A DNA stretch of 64,000 nt from Octopus vulgaris (Eukaryota): the NCBI GenBank assembly GCA_951406725.2, contig OX597824.1, positions 14,322,001-14,386,000 on the forward strand, given 5' to 3'. The translations under genes were made by a program, and so were the position numbers. Of the stretch, positions 22,229 through 33,958 are shown piece by piece (positions within the stretch are counted from its first letter, which is position 1; every line of letters begins with the position of its first letter). Under the pieces are notes generated by a model that was not told where the DNA came from, searched no databases, and saw nothing but the letters and a program-made list of their open reading frames with translations.

Positions 22229-24268
22229 TTACCAATCAAGTCCACTGGCAAATTCTGACATATCAACAGATTTTTTCTTGTGTGTGGTTTCTTTGTTAAA
22301 CCGCAATTTTGAATTATATTTGAAATTAGACTTCTTCTGATCATGTTTACTAAACTTAAAGTGCTTGTTCACGGGATTATTTCCTAATTGGCTAGGAGCA
22401 TCTCTGAGCCCAAAACTTTTTGCTAAATGTCCAATGTGGAGGTATTTTAAGTGAAAAATGTGCTTCAGATGTTTAGGGTAGGTCGAGTATGAACGTACAA
22501 AAGATTGAAATGCCTTTTTGGCAAGATCAAGCATTTCCTTAGAATTATATGTAAAATTTTCAATATACATCTGAAAAGAAGAAGCAGCTTCTTCATAAGT
22601 ATATACTGATCTTCTGTTCTCAAGAATTTTTGGTAACAGGTCCAACAATTGCAAAAGGTCACCCAATATGTTTTTAATATATATTTCCCCTAAATTGATT
22701 TTCATAGTGTTTAATGCTTTAATATATTCTGTCTCTGAAGGCATAAGGAAAAGAAGTGAATTTCCTTGGGCACCAGCTCGTGCTGTCCGGCCAATACGAT
22801 GTATATATTCTCTAGTTTCACCAGGTGAGGTATACTGTACAATCCATCTAACATGTGCCAGATCAAGGCCTCGAGCAGCAACATCTGTACACAGCAGAAC
22901 ACCACAACGTGATAATGAATAATTTGTAAAATTATTGGTACGATCATCTTGAGACATGTTTCCATGAAGTTTGTAAAACTTAACCAGTGAAGAATTTTTC
23001 TTCTTCTTCGATTTTTTTCCAATGTAGTCATCAAAAGTTTTTGAATCTTTACTTTCCAACTCAAAAATTTCGGAAAATAATTTGAAATGGAATTCAACTG
23101 AATCTTGTGTTGATAAAAAAACCATAATTTTGGATTTTTGGTTTGAATTTATACATTTAGAAGTAATAAAGCCAATAAGAGAAACCAAACGCAGTTTACA
23201 AGGGACAATCATAAAATGCTGATTTAACTTCTCAGGAACAGAAAACAAACTGTCACCTTTTGTGAGAAGAGAATTATTTTCTTTATGTTCTTTCGAAGCA
23301 TCGATTCTTTCAGGGGACTTGAGAGATATTCCAGCTAATTTCTCAACACCTTCAGTAAGAGTAGCAGACAGCAAAATAGTTTGTCTTTCAGGTGTTGATT
23401 TATTAAGAATACTGATAATAAGTTGTACTTCTTTTTCGAAACCCATATCATGTAAGCGATCTGCTTCATCAATGACAAGATACTGTACGCGATTCGTTAC
23501 TAAACATTCTGTATGGAGTAAGTGATCGGTTAACCGACCAGGGGTACCCACCATGACGGTAACTCCTTTCCGTAATCGGGCTTTCTCGGATTTCCTTTTC
23601 TCACCACCAGTAATACAAGTTGGAACAATCCAGCAACAAGTGTTGACAAGTTTCTGGAAAGTTTGGAAACTCTGCAAAGCGAGTTCTCTAGTGGGTACAA
23701 TAACGATAGCATGGACTCCATCACTTCGTTTCAGTTTCGGCTGTTTGGCCTGAAGTGTTTGTACAATTGGAATTGCATAAGATAAAGTCTTACCTGTACC
23801 AGTGTGCGATTTGACTAAAACATCTTTCCCATCTAGAACTGGCGGTATAGTTAACTGTTGAACTGTTGTCATTTGACTGAATTGAAAATCATTTCGTAAA
23901 CATTGTAATATATACGGACTTAAGGAGAGGCTTTCGAACGATTCTTTCGAAAACAGTTCTTCTTTAACAGACTGCACAGGCTCAGGATTTACTGTAGGAA
24001 TTTCAGGATTGGAGTTAAAAAGGGAGGAAAAGTGGATAGCACTAGTTCTTGCTTTCTTTTCTGAATGCTGTGTTGGCTGTTTTTCAGCCTTTCGTTTCCG
24101 TGATTTCGAAACATAAGGTTCATTTGAATCGATATGTTCATCATATTCGGATGGTGATGAGATTTGGTTTCCATTAAGCCGCTTCTTTTTAAGTCTTCTT
24201 GGTGTTGATTGATTATTAGAATCATTTTTGGAGACGTAAACATTTAAAACCAAATCATCGTCAGCCAT
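22229..24268 (-). CDS. DDX31: ATP-dependent DEAD-box RNA helicase DDX31 (DBP7 orthologue), single exon, ~679 aa
   Basis: Uninterrupted ORF with Q motif, SHTGTGKT, PTRELA, GGEKRKSEKARLRKG (DBP7/DDX31-typical), TPGRL, DEAD, SAT, ARGLD, HRIGRTAR and C-terminal HIGHLAKSFGLRDAP. ATG at 24268 in caacATGGC context; the track start at 24277 is a GTG. Confidence 0.95.
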   Translation of the reverse strand: MADDDLVLNVYVSKNDSNNQSTPRRLKKKRLNGNQISSPSEYDEHIDSNEPYVSKSRKRKAEKQPTQHSEKKARTSAIHFSSLFNSNPEIPTVNPEPVQSVKEELFSKESFESLSLSPYILQCLRNDFQFSQMTTVQQLTIPPVLDGKDVLVKSHTGTGKTLSYAIPIVQTLQAKQPKLKRSDGVHAIVIVPTRELALQSFQTFQKLVNTCCWIVPTCITGGEKRKSEKARLRKGVTVMVGTPGRLTDHLLHTECLVTNRVQYLVIDEADRLHDMGFEKEVQLIISILNKSTPERQTILLSATLTEGVEKLAGISLKSPERIDASKEHKENNSLLTKGDSLFSVPEKLNQHFMIVPCKLRLVSLIGFITSKCINSNQKSKIMVFLSTQDSVEFHFKLFSEIFELESKDSKTFDDYIGKKSKKKKNSSLVKFYKLHGNMSQDDRTNNFTNYSLSRCGVLLCTDVAARGLDLAHVRWIVQYTSPGETREYIHRIGRTARAGAQGNSLLFLMPSETEYIKALNTMKINLGEIYIKNILGDLLQLLDLLPKILENRRSVYTYEEAASSFQMYIENFTYNSKEMLDLAKKAFQSFVRSYSTYPKHLKHIFHLKYLHIGHLAKSFGLRDAPSQLGNNPVNKHFKFSKHDQKKSNFKYNSKLRFNKETTHKKKSVDMSEFASGLDW

Positions 24269-24330
24269 GTTGAACACGTGCGTTACAATATTTTAGAGTG
24301 GTCTCCTCTTGCTGGCATCGACTTCCGGTT
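24262..24330 (-). promoter_or_regulatory. DDX31 proximal promoter/5'UTR with ETS (CCGGAAGT) and YY1-like (AACATGGC) motifs
   Basis: acttccgg at 24321-24328; YY1/Kozak-like motif overlaps the ATG; these motifs are typical of housekeeping genes. Confidence 0.5.
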
Positions 24331-24521
24331 AATTGTAGCATAGCAGGATCTAGAGCAAGCGGGCTACATCTGTGTGTTGGGTTCGATTCCTGCTTACAGC
24401 TAATCCGTTTTATTAACGTTATTAACCTTATAGAAAGTATGAATATCACAGCTACTTTGTATGTTTTGTGTTCAGTGCAATAAATTGACGAACTGACAAA
24501 GGAAAACAATTCAAATGTGAT

Positions 24522-25202
24522 GGAAACGGTTTAGTGCCCCATCGACTTTGCTTTTTCGTAACTTTCTGAAAAAAGGCGAAATTTTGCATAGATACGTTTA
24601 CGATAGTGTAGATTTCGATTACGTCAATGACATTAATTTTTGTTTGGGCAAATTTCCGTCGATTTCCGTAAATTTTTTTTTTTTTTACATATGGGCTTGC
24701 GGGAACTTTTGAAGGAATGAGAGCGAAAGAGACTAAGAGAAAGCGATTTTAGGACGAGTGAAGTTCTTTTGAAGTTACCGTGCATGGCAAGCATTGATGT
24801 ACATGTGTGTGTGTGTGTGTGTTTGATGGGGTGTGGGAGACAGACAGTATGTTGTGTAAGTGAAGTGCTTCTGTTAGTATGTGTGAAGAGACAGAGTAAT
24901 GTGTGAAAGAGAGATAACTGAAATTTTTTACTCGGTGTATGTGTATATGTATGTATATTACTTCAAAAGTTCCCGCAAGCCCATATGTAAAAAAAAAATT
25001 TTACGGAAATCGACGGAAAGGTCTACTAGAGACGAAAGATCGCCTAAAAGTGAAAAATAATAAAAGTATAGAAATTGGTGTTTACAAAGTCGGAGAAGGG
25101 TAGACGAAAACGATCCAAAACTCCTCAAATTTAATAACAAATATGTATTTTTCAGAACGTTATGAAGAAACTAAATCGAGACGAGACGTCAATCAAGTTT
25201 CC
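24522..25202. mobile_element. Long-TIR foldback/MITE-like element upstream of DDX31
   Basis: Near-perfect inner inverted repeat 24653-24714 / 24961-25019; degenerate outer inverted repeat 24522-24573 / 25148-25202. Confidence 0.65.
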
Positions 25203-25518
25203 TGAAAGAATCGATGCTTTGAAAGCCTAATTAATGTGATAACAACCATGGAATAAAAAATTTGTATTGCTTCGCCAGTTTTGTAGATAGTTTGGACATT
25301 AGTAATTATAATTATATTACATTAATGTGATAATGATTAGGAGTGGCTGTGTGGTAAGTAGCTTGGTAAGTTTGGATGTCCAAACTATCTTCCGGGTTCC
25401 GGGTTCAGTCCCACTGCGTGGCACTTTGGGCAAGTGTCTTCTACTATAGCCTCGGGCCGACCAAAGCCTTGTGAGTGGATTTGGTAGACGGAAACTGAAA
25501 GAAGCCCGTCGCATATAT

Positions 25519-25558
<40 letters not shown>

Positions 25559-26693
25559 GTGTGTGTCTGTGTTTAATCCCCCAACATAGCTTGACAACCG
25601 ATGCTGATGTGTTTATGTCTCCGTAACTTAGCAGTTTGGCAAAATAGACCGATAGAATAAGTACTAGGCTTACAAAGAGTAAGTCCTAGGGTCGATTTGC
25701 TCGATCAACTAAAGGCGGTGCTCCAGCATGGCCACAGTAAAAATGACTGAAACAAGTAAAAAGAGTAAAGTTAGAGACCAAGGGAAAGACTAGACTCGGT
25801 TAATAAAAATAGAGACCAATGTGTTTCGAAAGTGGTCACAGCTGACCTTCATTTGATAGGTGCAGTCATTGAAATCTCTGAGGGTGTAGCATACTGTACC
25901 GAGGCCTAAATATTCGGGCAATGCTTGTTATCATCAACGAGTGTTTGCTAAGTTGTTATTGTTATCATTTAACATTAATAAAAATGGAAAAAGCTTCAGC
26001 TGCTAATTTCCGTCAGATCCTTCATTAGCTCATTTAGTCTTCTGGTATTTCGGTGATTAATTTTTGTTATCTGATCTATTAGCTGGGTCACCTCCACTGA
26101 GCTAATCCTATCCTACTTGGTACTCCTTCTCTTATCATTTGTCATAACCAGTCTCATAACCTCTTAACCTCTGCACTAATTACTACGCCTAATTCTTCTT
26201 TCCCAGAATGTTAACCTACTACAGGTTCAAGGGAAATATTAATGGTGTCGATTTGATGATGGTGGGCTAATGAGGGCCAAAGACACTGCCCCTTCCTAAA
26301 CACCCAGAAAGTAAAAGGAAGACACACACAGGCACACAAATACCTTTGATTACATAACAAAAAGTAATTCAGTTGATTGGCAAAAGTTCAACCACTAAAT
26401 GCTACAATCACAAGATTGGTGTTTCTCAAGAATGGAGGTGGGGGCTTTGAAGAATGAAAAAAAAAAAGGGACAAATTGCCAGGATTGCAAAACTACGAGG
26501 GTTTTTCATTTTGTACAACACTATTACAAAAAGAGGAGAGGGGGTAAAAAGCTACTCTGATATATTATGGGGTGGTGACTATTCAACAGTTTGAGAAGTA
26601 TTGTACTCTCTTGTACTCGCTCTTGTACTCACTCTTGCTACCTCCTCTCACTCCACATCTATTTCTACTTCAGTTGCCAATGTTCTTCTAAAC

Positions 26694-26894
26694 CAGTGCT
26701 TTTCAAACTTTTTGCTGGAGCGGAACCCCAAGGAAACATTCCACTGGCTTGAGGAACCCCTGTGCAATAATTTAATAGCCTTATGCACACATATCTGCAC
26801 AGGAGACTTAAAAATTACTGCCGATTTTAGCAGTTTTGTAACTTCTTGCGGAACCCCTAGACTGTACTGGCGGAACCCTGGTTGAAAACCACTG
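26694..26894. mobile_element. hAT (Charlie-type) MITE
   Basis: cagtgcttttcaa...ttgaaaaccactg TIRs; 8-bp TSD ttctaaac. Confidence 0.9.
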
Positions 26895-26902
26895 TTCTAA
26901 AC

Positions 26903-27244
26903 CATAGGTTCTCAAAGTGGGCACTACCACCACCCCCCACCTCTAGTGGGCATTGAGACAGTTCAGTTGGGTGCTGGTGCCTAAGGGGGCAGTTGGGGGC
27001 GGTAGAGAAAAAGGAGGCATTGGGAGCAAGGTAGTGGATTGGGGGATGCTATGAATTTATTATATTATAGTATTGTATACAAATTATATATAATATTAAA
27101 TATCAAATGATTCATAGTATATATATAAATTAGTAAAATATAAAATATTTATTTATACATAAAAATAGGGGTAGGGCCGTTGAGGGTATTATGTGGCCAG
27201 GGTGGGGGGAGGGGGCAGTGGCCCAAAAAGTTTGAGAACCTCTG
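26903..27244. mobile_element. Second hAT MITE sharing the same TSD
   Basis: cataggttctcaaa...tttgagaacctctg TIRs; ttctaaac on both sides. Confidence 0.85.
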
Positions 27245-28039
27245 TTCTAAACCAATTACATGTCCTGCCCGTGCTGGGCATTGTCCTCAACAATGTACCT
27301 CAGCTACCATATTCTTTACTAAAAACATTTTTCCATTACTTTCCAGAACTGCAACCCACTGAAATTCATACATCACTCCTTTTCCTTTTGTTTTTTGTTT
27401 TTTTCACCTTCAGATATCAATCTACACCAACATAATCGTTACACCCTTCAGAGAAGCATGTACATATGTGTGTATATGCACAAAATTCAAAAGCTCTGAG
27501 CTTCATCTTCTCACTAGACTAAATAAAATAAACACAACCATCATAACAGGAATCTATTTTAGACCATTTCTGCATATTATCTTGCTGAAACAGGTAAAAA
27601 TTGGGGTTAAGAATTTAGCTTTGTGATCAGATGGTCTCAAGTTCAGTCCCACTAGGTGGCATCTTGAATATCTTCTTTTATAGCTTTAGGCTGGCCAATG
27701 CCTTGTAAGCGAAACCAGAAGATGAAAACAGTGTGAAAACTTGTTTGTGTGTGTGTAAATGAATCATCATCATCATCATTTAACGTCCGTTCTCCATGCT
27801 AGCATGGGTTGGACGGTTCGACTGGGGATCTGGGAAGCCAGAAGGCTGCACCAGGCTCCAGTCTTATCTGGCAATGTTTCTACGGCTGGATGCCTTTCCT
27901 AACGCCAACCACTCCGTGAGTGTAGTGGGTGCTTTTTACGTGCCACCCGCACAGGTGCCAGGCGAGGCTGGCCACGGTCGGATTGGTGCATTTTACGTGC
28001 CACCGGCACGGAAGCCAGTTGAGGCGGCGCTGGCATCGA

Positions 28040-29290
28040 TACATAAAAACAACTATCCCAATATAAATTATGAAAGCAAAATTATAGGAAGTAAATTGCA
28101 TAATAGAAATACCACGTGGTATAATGCTTGCTTCAGAATTCAAGTAACCATGGAGATCCTGAGAATTTTTCTTAAGACATTGTACACACATTTACTCTTC
28201 TCTAGCAGATATAGAAAGATGTTCAATAGACATCCTATGAAGTTGTCATATTCCACTACACCTAATTTACTAGAATATTGTAGCAACTATTAACAGTAAG
28301 ACACTGGAAACTAATACAGTAAACATATTTTATCTATTCAGACTCTAAAGACTAGCCTCAGTCTGTAACAAATAATACACATCTGATTCAAAATATGGCG
28401 ATGATAATATGTTATATCCTCTTAGTAATAATACTCTTTTTTACTCTAGGCACAAGGCCCAAAATATTTGGGGAGAGGGGGGCCAGTCGATTAGATTGAT
28501 TCCAGTACGCAACTGGCAGTTGATTTATCGACCCCGAAAAGATGAAAGGCAAAGTCGACTTTGGTGGAATTTGAACTCAGAACATAGAGACGAAATACTG
28601 CTAAGCATTTCGCCCGACAAGCAAATGCTACTGCCAGCTCGCCGCCTTAAGTATTCTTTTCTACTCTAGACACAAGGCCTGAAATTGTGGGGGAGGGCGG
28701 GGGCAGTCGATTAGATCAACCCCAGTATGCAACTGATACTTAATTTATCGACCCCAAAAAGATGAAAGGCAAAGTCGACTTGAACTCAGAACATAAAAAT
28801 AGACGAAATACTGCTAAGCATTTTGCCCTGCGTGCTTACGTTTCTGCCAGCTTACCGCCCCGTTTTAGTAATAATATTAGCACTAATAGAATAAGGCCTC
28901 TTATGGTTACATACTTAATAGAATGTGCAACTGTTCAAACCATGATAAATACTCTTAGACAACCAATGTTTAAGAAATAACTTAATGCTTAGTCAAAACA
29001 TGCAAGAATGTCCATTATGACATTAGAGCTACTGTTCCAAAATTCAAGATCAGATACAAAACCATTTTCATTTTTTTTAAATACAAAAGAAAACTGCACT
29101 TCAGTTGCCAAGTTCACCTGGGATCTCAAAGGAAGAAATATATACTACTTATTTCGTGGTCTGTTGTAGTTAGTGCTCCTCTTTATAGAAAGGATAGTTA
29201 GAGCTGCATTTTGAGCTCCATAGAGGCACTGGAAATCTTCAATTGTAGATCCAATTTAATTAGTGAGCATAATGAGTCATTAATTCATTG
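28040..29290 (+). mobile_element. Penelope-like retroelement relic (linker + GIY-YIG region), interrupted by SINEs
   Basis: RNTTWYNACF...KMFNRHPMKLSYSTTPNL resembles PLE RNIIWFNPPF...KIFNRNTIKVSYSCMPNI; from about 29030, FKIRY...SVAKFTWDLK...ISWSVVVSAPLY...SCIL...EALEI resembles the GIY-YIG C-terminus. Confidence 0.75.
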
Positions 29291-29294
29291 TTCA

Positions 29295-29726
29295 TCTCTA
29301 TATATATAAACGGCAGTTTGTCTGTCTGTGTGTCTGTCAGGTTGTACCCTCACCCTGACCACAGCTTTCAACCGATTCTGATGAAACTTGACACACACAT
29401 AGCCCACTGTCATAATTCAAAACTAACGCAGTGAAAATTTTGAAAAGTTCCCCCGGTTCTGAAAAAAATCGATAGATTCGACATGGGGTCGAGAATCTAA
29501 GCTTTTTATATGCAACACATTTTCTGTCTAGGGGACACAACTCGACCTTTTTATCGCCCAAAGGGACAGCTAGGAACATCGTATACACAGAAGTATTCGA
29601 GTGAAGAGAAGACATTGCAACCTACACATGCGCCTTCGTTCCCTAGAGGGAAAGGACTAGATTGGGATTAGTCGTTGCCTACTAGGGGCTCTTACATACC
29701 CGGGCAACGCTGGGCTATGCTGCTAG
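29295..29726 (+). mobile_element. Non-autonomous Helitron
   Basis: A|TC 5' end, subterminal hairpin cccgggcaacgctggg, CTAG|T 3' end, no TSD. Confidence 0.85.
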
Positions 29727-30237
29727 TACTTAATAAAACTTCTTAAAATTTCCAAGTAAAAATCCTACATAAACACCTTACCTAGATCTAAGATTAATGC
29801 CTGTGTCCCATTCTTATGGATTTTACTGTCCTACTGGAAAAATCTTTTATGTAACATACCAAGTTCACATTTCTTAAGTAATCTTTAATCTAACCCTTAA
29901 CCATTGCACCTAATTTAATTTAATCTCATTTAACTCTAGTAAATCTAATAATTCTAGAAGTGAGCAATAATTTATACACACAATTATTATGCTTTCAGTA
30001 GAACCTTCTCCACCACCACCACCACCACCATTCTTTCTTCATTTAGTTACTTTCAAATATCTTCTCTGGATTTTAGTCAAACAAATCGCCACCCAGTACT
30101 TATTTTATTTTTAAAGCCTGGTACTTATTGTATTGGACACTTTTGCTGAACTACTAAGTTATGGGGATGTAAACAAACCAGCACTGGTTTTCAAGTGGTA
30201 GTGAGGAACAAACATGAACACAAGGATACACACACAC

Positions 30238-30276
<39 letters not shown>

Positions 30277-32627
30277 CAGCAGGCTTCCAGTTTCTGCCTA
30301 CCAAATCCACTCACAAAGTTCTGGTTGAGCCTGGGAATATAGTAGAAGATACTTGCCCAAGGTGCCATGCAGGGGGATTGAACCTAGAACCATGTAGCTG
30401 AGATGCAAACTTACCGCCATGGCTGCACACACATCAGATTGTTCACAAATGCTACTGGTAATGTGTAGAGCAGCAAGCTGGCAGAATCGTTCGCACGCAG
30501 GGCAAAATGCTTTGCGGTATTTCGTCTGCCGTTATGTTCTGAGTTCAAATTCCACCGAGGGTCAATTAAATAAATACCAGTTATGCACTGGGGTCGATAT
30601 AATCGACTATATCCGTTTGTCCTCTCTGTGTTTAGCCCCTTATGAGTAGTAAAGAAATAGATATTTTGTCTGCCACTATGTTCCGAGCCGGTAGAATCGT
30701 TAGCACGCCGGGGGAAATGTGTAGCCATATTTCGTCTGCCGTTACGTTCTGAGTTCAAATTCCGCCGAGGTCGACTTTACCTTTCATCCTTTCGGGGTCG
30801 ATAAATTAAGTACCAGTTACGCACTGGGGTCGATGTAATCGACTTAATCCCTTTGGCTGTCCTTGTTTGTCCCCTCTATGTTTAGCCCCTTGTGGGTAGT
30901 AAAGAAATAACTATGTTCTGAGTTCAAATTTCACCAAGGTCAACTTTGCCTTTCGTCCTTTTGTGGTCGATTAAATAAGTACCAGTTATGCACTGGGGTC
31001 GATGTAATCAACTTAATCCCTTTGTCTATCCTTGTTTAGCCCCCTGTGGGCAATAAATATATTGGTAATGTGTAGTCTAGTAGGGTCAGTTGCATAGTCT
31101 GGCTGTTGGTGACTAAACTGGTTCCTTGGTGAAGAGGATTTCTAGAAACACAGCAGAAGAACAAAGGAATTAGAAATTCTGAGTTAGTCTTGAGCATGCT
31201 ACAAGACCACTGAGAGTTGTGAGGGACCTTTAGCTTTAGTTAAAGCATGTCTAAGCACAATAAATATAAATGTATTTAGAAAAGTGAAGAGAAACAAGTC
31301 AAAAGTCTGTTGTTTTGTTTTTCTTTTTAAAAAGAGCTACATTTATTCTATCAAAATTTGCTTTGGTGGAAAAGAATAAAGAAAAATAAAAATGAAAATA
31401 AAAATTTAAATCAGTTGAGGAAAAAAAAAACAATTAAAAAAAAAAACTCTCTAAGAGAGTACCACAGCCAATGATATGTTACCAAATTGTTAAATGTCTT
31501 TCCATTGCCAACTATTTCAGAGGCGGCAGAGCCAGTGGTCTAATACAAGTTATACCATTTCCTTCATTCACAACAGAACAGAGGAATCACAAGAGAATCA
31601 AAGACAAAAAAATATGATTATGATAAAAAAAAAAAAGTGGAAAATGTGTTGTTTTTTTTTGTTTGGGATTTTTTTTCTTGTTTTTCCAACTACTGAATAA
31701 AAAAAAATGGTGCTAAAATTGATTTATGAAATAAAAAAAAAAAAAAAGAATAATGACCATTTGGCTTTAATACAAAAAGAAAAAAATTAAAAAATAAACT
31801 GATGGTGGATTGGATTGTGTGTTAGAATATTTTAATAAATAGCATGTAATTTATTTTAAATATGTGAATTTGATGAAGACATGAAAGAAATGATTAAAAA
31901 TTAATTGATAAATGAGTTAATGAAATTTCAAAAAAAATAATTACAAGAGGTAAAAAAAGAAAATCCAGGTTTAGGTAAGTTTGAATCTATCGTTATCGAA
32001 AAGGAAGTTTATCAAAACTTTGTGTGAGAAATGAGTGGGTGGGGAATAAAAGAAAGTAGAAACTAATAGATTCTCTGTTTGGTGAAAACAGAATTAATAA
32101 AAAAAAAAAAAAAAAATAAAAAAAAAAAGAGAGATCTTAAAAAATTTGGGTTTTTTTTAAATACATATCTTACATTGTTTTGGAGGGTATTTTTTTGTTT
32201 GTTTGTGTGTGTGTGTGTGTGTGTGTGTGCTTTGATTTGATTTTGAAATCAATGATACAAATCGAAGTAAGGTTTTTCATTTCTGCAATAGAAAGGAATT
32301 TCAAGAAATCAAAAATTTATAAAGAATAAATATTATAAAGATGAAAGGGGTTGAAAAATGAAAAATTTATAGAAAAGTAATATACACATAATCTTTATTT
32401 TATTCCTAACCAAACCAGTATTTCAGATTAATTTTAAAAGAAGACATTTTAATAGCAACAAATTTTCTCCCCCCCAAAAGAATCTTTAAAATTTTACAAA
32501 AAGACCATTACATAATCTGACTAGATAAGAATTCTTTGAAAACAATGAAATTTACATGACAAACAAAAAGCATACTTTGATGACGATAATAATAATAATA
32601 ATAATGATAATAATAATAATAATAATG

Positions 32628-32678
<51 letters not shown>

Positions 32679-33656
32679 TCATTTCTTCCATGTCATACAG
32701 GTACAGAGACACTGAAATATGTTTAAATAGATTTACTAAAAAGCTGTAAATATTTTGCTTCCAAGGAGAAGTTGTTTTCTAGCTGATTAATTAATTATGA
32801 AGGAAATGGCTAAATATCTAATTACTACTGACATTAAATATTTTATATTGGTTGATAAAATACCAAGTGTGAAGAATAGGTTATGAAATAAAGAATACCA
32901 AATCCATTTCCAAAAAATATATATATTTATATATACTGTTTAAATTCCTTATTTTGGTATGTACTCAGAGTATATATCACATCCTACCATAATCAATTCT
33001 GAAAGACAGGTGATTTAAAAAGATCCATGGCATTTTTATTTTTTTATTTCCAGTAAGAAACACCAGAAGTGACACTAAGCGAATGAGTCACTAATTAATA
33101 TTTTTAGTGTGTAAACCACTTTTCTTCTTTTTTTTTTAAATTTTTAATTTTAAATACAAATATTTAGTTAATACCCAGAAAACTGAATGTTGTTCTATGA
33201 CCGTGTATTAAGAAATAAAGAGTAAAGAAGTAGAAGATTTTAAAGACAACTGATACCATGCCATTAAACAGACAAGGGTTAATGCCAATACGTAGAAATA
33301 CAAAACAGAAAATTCGTAAACTATTTAAAATTAATTTAACATAAATTGCTACCATGTCTACCAGAAGAAAAGAAAAAAAAAAACTAGTCATACATTTCTA
33401 TGAGAGATAACTACCGAGACTGATATGTAGGAGTGTAAATAACTGTTTAATACTATTAGAATCTACCAAGAGATACTAAAATTATATAACATTGTGTCAC
33501 TGTGTCTAACATTGTCAGAGCTGAACAAGTTATAAAGGTTTTATCGAAATATTGTAATTCAATAAATTACTTATAATTGTTTCAAATGAAAATAATAATT
33601 ACATACACATATGTACATATACATACATACATGTACATATACATACATACATACAT

Positions 33657-33713
<57 letters not shown>

Positions 33714-33914
33714 TATACATACATACATACATATATACACATATATAAAACAAATTTAAGATTTATTAAAATATTAAAACCAGCACCCAACAGATTTGTT
33801 ACATGTAGCAAAATGGAAGTAGAAGAAAAAAAATTCAAGTTATTTTAGAATTTAAACACTGGAATGTTAGGAAAGCAATATTTTAGCATATTAAATTTCT
33901 TCCCTAAAACCAGT

Positions 33915-33958
<44 letters not shown>

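Noticed and set aside
22465-24243. Overlapping and antisense ORFs within DDX31
   Set aside because: Shadow frames of the real CDS
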